DNA of 64,000 bases from Felis catus (Eukaryota), in the NCBI RefSeq assembly GCF_018350175.1, contig NC_058378.1, positions 71,114,001 through 71,178,000 of the forward strand. Reading direction: 5' to 3'. The notes beneath the pieces were generated by a model. The model did not search any database. It was not told the origin of the DNA and was given only the letters and a program-made list of their open reading frames with translations. Positions 60,266 to 64,000 of this stretch are shown piece after piece (within the stretch, counting starts at the first letter, position 1; each line of letters starts with the position of its first letter). The position numbers were made by a program, and so were the translations under genes.

Positions 60266-60791
60266 TGGAAGTGAAGTTTGAACAAATGGTGGTTCCATGT
60301 AAACCACCCCTTTTATAAGACACACCTCAATTCCCCAAAGCCGTAATTGTATGGCTCCCTTTGAAAGATCCAAGCACAAAGCCTACTGGGCCAGGTAATT
60401 TTCTTGGATGACCCACATGGTGCCCAAACCACCAGGAAAACTGCTGACAATGACCAACAGACACTGAGGGCATGGCTGTGACGGTCCTGGTAAAACCACA
60501 GAGGAGAACAGCCAACAGTGAGGATAGAGGGTGGGAGGGGGGTGCTGCTTCCCCGCCAGGAGCCCATCTCCCTTCTCTTTTCTGACTGGCACTTATGTCC
60601 TTGTGCTGGTCTCCACGGTCCCCGGTACGGGGCCCACAGTGGTGCTTTTCAAACTGTAGGCATGACACTTCAGTGGACTTTGCTGTCAACTCAGTGATTT
60701 AGGACACATAGCTTAAAAAAAAAAAAGTAGTATAAAATATCAAAATGCATTGCATCAAGGAGTGAAATCTTTCATAAAACCTTTGATTTAG

Positions 60792-60792
<1 letters not shown>

Positions 60793-60825
<33 letters not shown>
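60793..60825. repeat. (TG)n microsatellite
   Basis: Directly visible. Confidence 0.95.
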
Positions 60826-60827
<2 letters not shown>

Positions 60828-60949
60828 TCCGGGATACACATTTCTTACCACGGTCACAATAAAAAAGTTTGAAAAACACGACTACAGACCCATGATCTCT
60901 TACCTGAAACCTGCAAAGCTAGAGGTGTTTTGAAATTCGGTGTATTTCA

Positions 60950-61200
60950 GGGGCACGTGGGTGGCTCAGTCGGTTAAGCAGCCAACTTAGGCTCAGGTCA
61001 TGATCTCATGGTGTGTAGGTTTGAGCCCCGCATGGGGCTCTGTGCTGATAGCTCAGAGCCTGGAGCCTGCTGTGGATTCTATCTCCTTCTCTCTGCCCCT
61101 CCCTGGCTCATGCTCTGTCTCTGTCTCTTAAAAGGGAATAAAACATTAAAAAAGAAGAAGAAGAAAGAAAGAAAGGAAGAAAGAAAGAAAGAAAGAAATT
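60950..61200 (+). mobile_element. Can-SINE with a (GAAA)n-expanded tail
   Basis: TSD aattc(g/a)gtgtatttcag. Confidence 0.9.
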
Positions 61201-61744
61201 AATTCAGTGTATTTCAGACTCTAGAAAAGGAACATGCCACATATGCCCCAGCAGGGTCCAGACAAACACTCAGGAATAAAACACATTGATATTTCTAAGG
61301 CAAAATGCACAAATACTCATGCTAAGTGGGCTTGATAGATTATAAATCGTCTCACATCATTTTGGATCCCTCCAAATTAGTTTGTGTCAAGCTCACACAC
61401 ATAAAAATTTCTGCCTTTCCAAGTTTGGGGATTTGGGAATTGAGGAGAAACGGTGGAACTTTCTTGGGATTCCTAGGATCCTTTTCCTTCTGTGGCCTCA
61501 AAACTGGCTTTTAATTGTCTGGGGTTTGTGCGTGCGTGCGTGTGTGTGTGTGTGTGTGTGTGTGTTTAAAAAGACCTCACGGACAGTGGCAAACCCACAC
61601 TAGCCGTTTAATGAATTAATGCAAAGCTGCAGGGTCTAAGAAACCACAGGGCTGTGGGCAGGTAGGTCTTTTAACCAAATTAACTGTGCTTCTACACAGA
61701 ACTCACTGACTTTTGGTCTAAAATGGTACTGCTCATTCTTTGCT

Positions 61745-62109
61745 ACAAGCCATATGTGGCTACGGAGCATGTGAGATGTGGTTAGTCTGAACTGAGATGC
61801 GCTCTAAGTGACCGAGTGTTACTTCCCCCCACCCACCAAAAAGAATGTAAAATATCTCAAGAGCGTTTTTTCTTTAAATATTGATTGCATGTTGAAATGA
61901 TGGCATTTTGGATGTACTGGGTTAAAAAATATTCTGGAAATTAACTTGACCTTTTTTTTGTTAAAAACTTTAAAAATGTAGTTTAAAATTATGTATGCAC
62001 CTTGCTTTCTATTTCCTTCTTTTTTTAATACGTTTTTTTAATGTTTATTTATCATTTACTTTTGAGAGAGAGAGGGAGCATGAGCAGGGGAAGGGTAGAG
62101 AGAAGGGGG

Positions 62110-62158
<49 letters not shown>

Positions 62159-62313
62159 CGAATCCCAAGCAGGCTCTACGCCGTCAGCACAGAGCCCAAC
62201 ACGGAGCTCGAACCCATGAACTGTGAGACCAGACCTGAACTGAAATCAAGAATCAGACACTTAACTAAGCCACTCAGGTGCCCCTTGCTTTCTATTTCTG
62301 TTGGACAGCACTG
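61745..62313. mobile_element. MER3/MER33-like hAT element interrupted by a Can-SINE
   Basis: agccatatgtggcta...ctgaactgagatg...tgttgaaatga...ttggacagcactg. Confidence 0.7.
62016..62284 (-). mobile_element. Can-SINE with long (GA)n
   Basis: Perfect TSD ttgctttctatttc at 62002-62015 and 62285-62298. Confidence 0.92.
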
Positions 62314-64000
62314 GTCTGACCCATCTATCACAGACTCAGAGCTTATAAACTCATGAAACAACTCGTCCTCTGGATGGACGCAAAATTCGCCCAAGTCACA
62401 CAGTGAGTTTGTGGAAGGCTCGATGTCCTGTGTCTGCCCAAGGCTTTCTGAAACCTAAATTGAAGCGGTTTTGTATCCTGAAGAACACAGGAAGGAATAC
62501 AGGTCACTCTTTAATGAGAGTTCCAGGGAGCCGTGGCAAAGGGCTTGGAAAAGGTGGAGCCCTTCTCCGTGTGCTGGTTGTGACTGATTAAGGTGAGAGG
62601 GGCAGCGAGAGAGAAGTCCTCTCTCAGGAAAACAGCCATGACCTGGACGAAACAGATTGGGATACTCGGTGCAGGCTGTCCTGTGTTTACCCGAACAAGG
62701 GCCAGTTATTCATCACACAAATGTTCTAAACGGAACCCCTGAAGCTCTGTTCTACAAACAACGTAAAGGCATCACCGAGTGTTGAGTTGGATCACTCTTC
62801 TCACGTAATATTTCAGCCAACATTTGTCAAAAGAAATTGCTGATGTATGATTTCCGACCCTTCCAGGGCATTTCAGTTTTTGAGAACATTGTAAATTTGC
62901 ATTTGGCTCCTTACTCCAGTCTCCCTCCCCGCCCCCCCTCCCACCAAGCCGATCTCAAAGGGACCCCCTCAGCTCCTCTCCTCCCCGCCCCACCTCCTCT
63001 CCCTACACCAACTTCTCCAACATTGTGGCCCCCATCCTGAACACTCCAGAAACTATCTTCAGCCACTTTTTCTCTGGCACGACCAAGTTCTCTAATGCAA
63101 GAACCATGCACACCACTCTCTCTCCCTGAACTAGTATCCCCTTGACCCTCACACCAGGCTTTCAGGGCACCCCAGTCATGGTCACTATTTCAGCCCATCA
63201 ATGCGCCCTGCCTCATCCCACCACGACCCTGGCTCTGTCTACCCATAACAACTGTTCAAAAGTATTTTCCCGGTGCTAGCTAGGCATCTATCCTCTTTTT
63301 AAAGATGTACTGAGCACCGACTCTGCTAGGGTCATGCTAGGCAATGCAGTGCGGAAGACAAGCAGCTAGGTCCCTATTTCCATTTTGACTGTATCCCCCG
63401 AACTCATAAAATAAGAATGCATGTTGCAACTGTTTGCAAGTTAATGCGGAAGCATTTCCTTTTTTTCCCCTCAGCTATGGTGTTCCTAATTGAGGATGCT
63501 TCTTATAACCCACGGCATCTCAGAATCAACCTTCCAATCATGGTGATGTTTACATCTCCTCATAGGGAGGGGGCTGTTTGCACCACGTTATGTTTCTTTG
63601 GACGACAGATTACTCATTTTTCAAGTCCCTTGCATGCTAACATTCCAGCTGTTCAAACCTCATACCAGATTTCCAAGAGCACAAGCATTGCATCTTGGAG
63701 TTCACTCTGGGCACCCCCTCCTGTACCTGGTAAGGCACCCAGCCTGGCGCAGGGGCTCACAGATTTGACCAATGCACACGGAGTTGGGGTGCGGGGGGAC
63801 GGGTCAAGAACTCCCCTCTTCCAGCCCATGGTTCTGAAAATCTTTGCCCTTTCCATTCAGAATTGGTTGTTGGGATCCCATTTGGAATCTCCAGAACAAT
63901 CCCAGCTCTGAATCCCAAACTTGGTTCAGGAGTTGCTCACCTAGAAGTGAGGCTTAATTAGAAAAAGCTGGAAATAAAGGAGTTTTGCCTTCCCATTGTT

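Noticed and set aside
47881-64000. Search for AFAP1L2 exon 1 or an alternative first exon (e.g. a short minus-strand ORF near 53400-53560)
   Set aside because: No MERYK-like start, CpG-island promoter or convincing phase-1 donor found; treated as intron 1

Overview
Mammalian genomic DNA from a feliform carnivore (probably a felid), judged from 17 tRNA-derived Can-SINE (SINEC_Fc-type) copies. The window holds two convergent intron-containing genes. On +, the last five coding exons of VWA2/AMACO (EGF1, VWA domain 2, VWA domain 3, EGF2, C-terminal tail; 353-5810). On -, 18 constitutive coding exons of AFAP1L2/XB130 (47880 down to the stop at 10122; exon 1 lies beyond the right edge), with a 3' UTR ending near an AATAAA at 8939-8944. 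All listed constitutive exons have GT-AG borders and matching phases. The AFAP1L2 exons sum to 2435 nt including the stop. The rest is intron with Can-SINEs, L1/L2/MIR remnants, MaLR/ERVL LTRs, hAT DNA transposons, simple repeats and assembly gaps. I found no novel gene system. The most interesting signals are isoform-level: (1) an 84-nt in-frame cassette exon in AFAP1L2 (30462-30545) encoding an ITIM-like VIYATI motif, followed by six GCATG (RBFOX) motifs; (2) an RGD motif in the VWA2 terminal exon that would be lost on intron read-through; (3) a head-to-head SINE hairpin and overlapping bidirectional poly(A) hexamers between the converging 3' ends; (4) an in-frame stop-free 114-nt intron and tandem donors near the AFAP1L2 C-terminus. 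Gene identities and comparisons with human or mouse come from remembered protein sequences, not from searches. Repeat subfamily names and boundaries are approximate.
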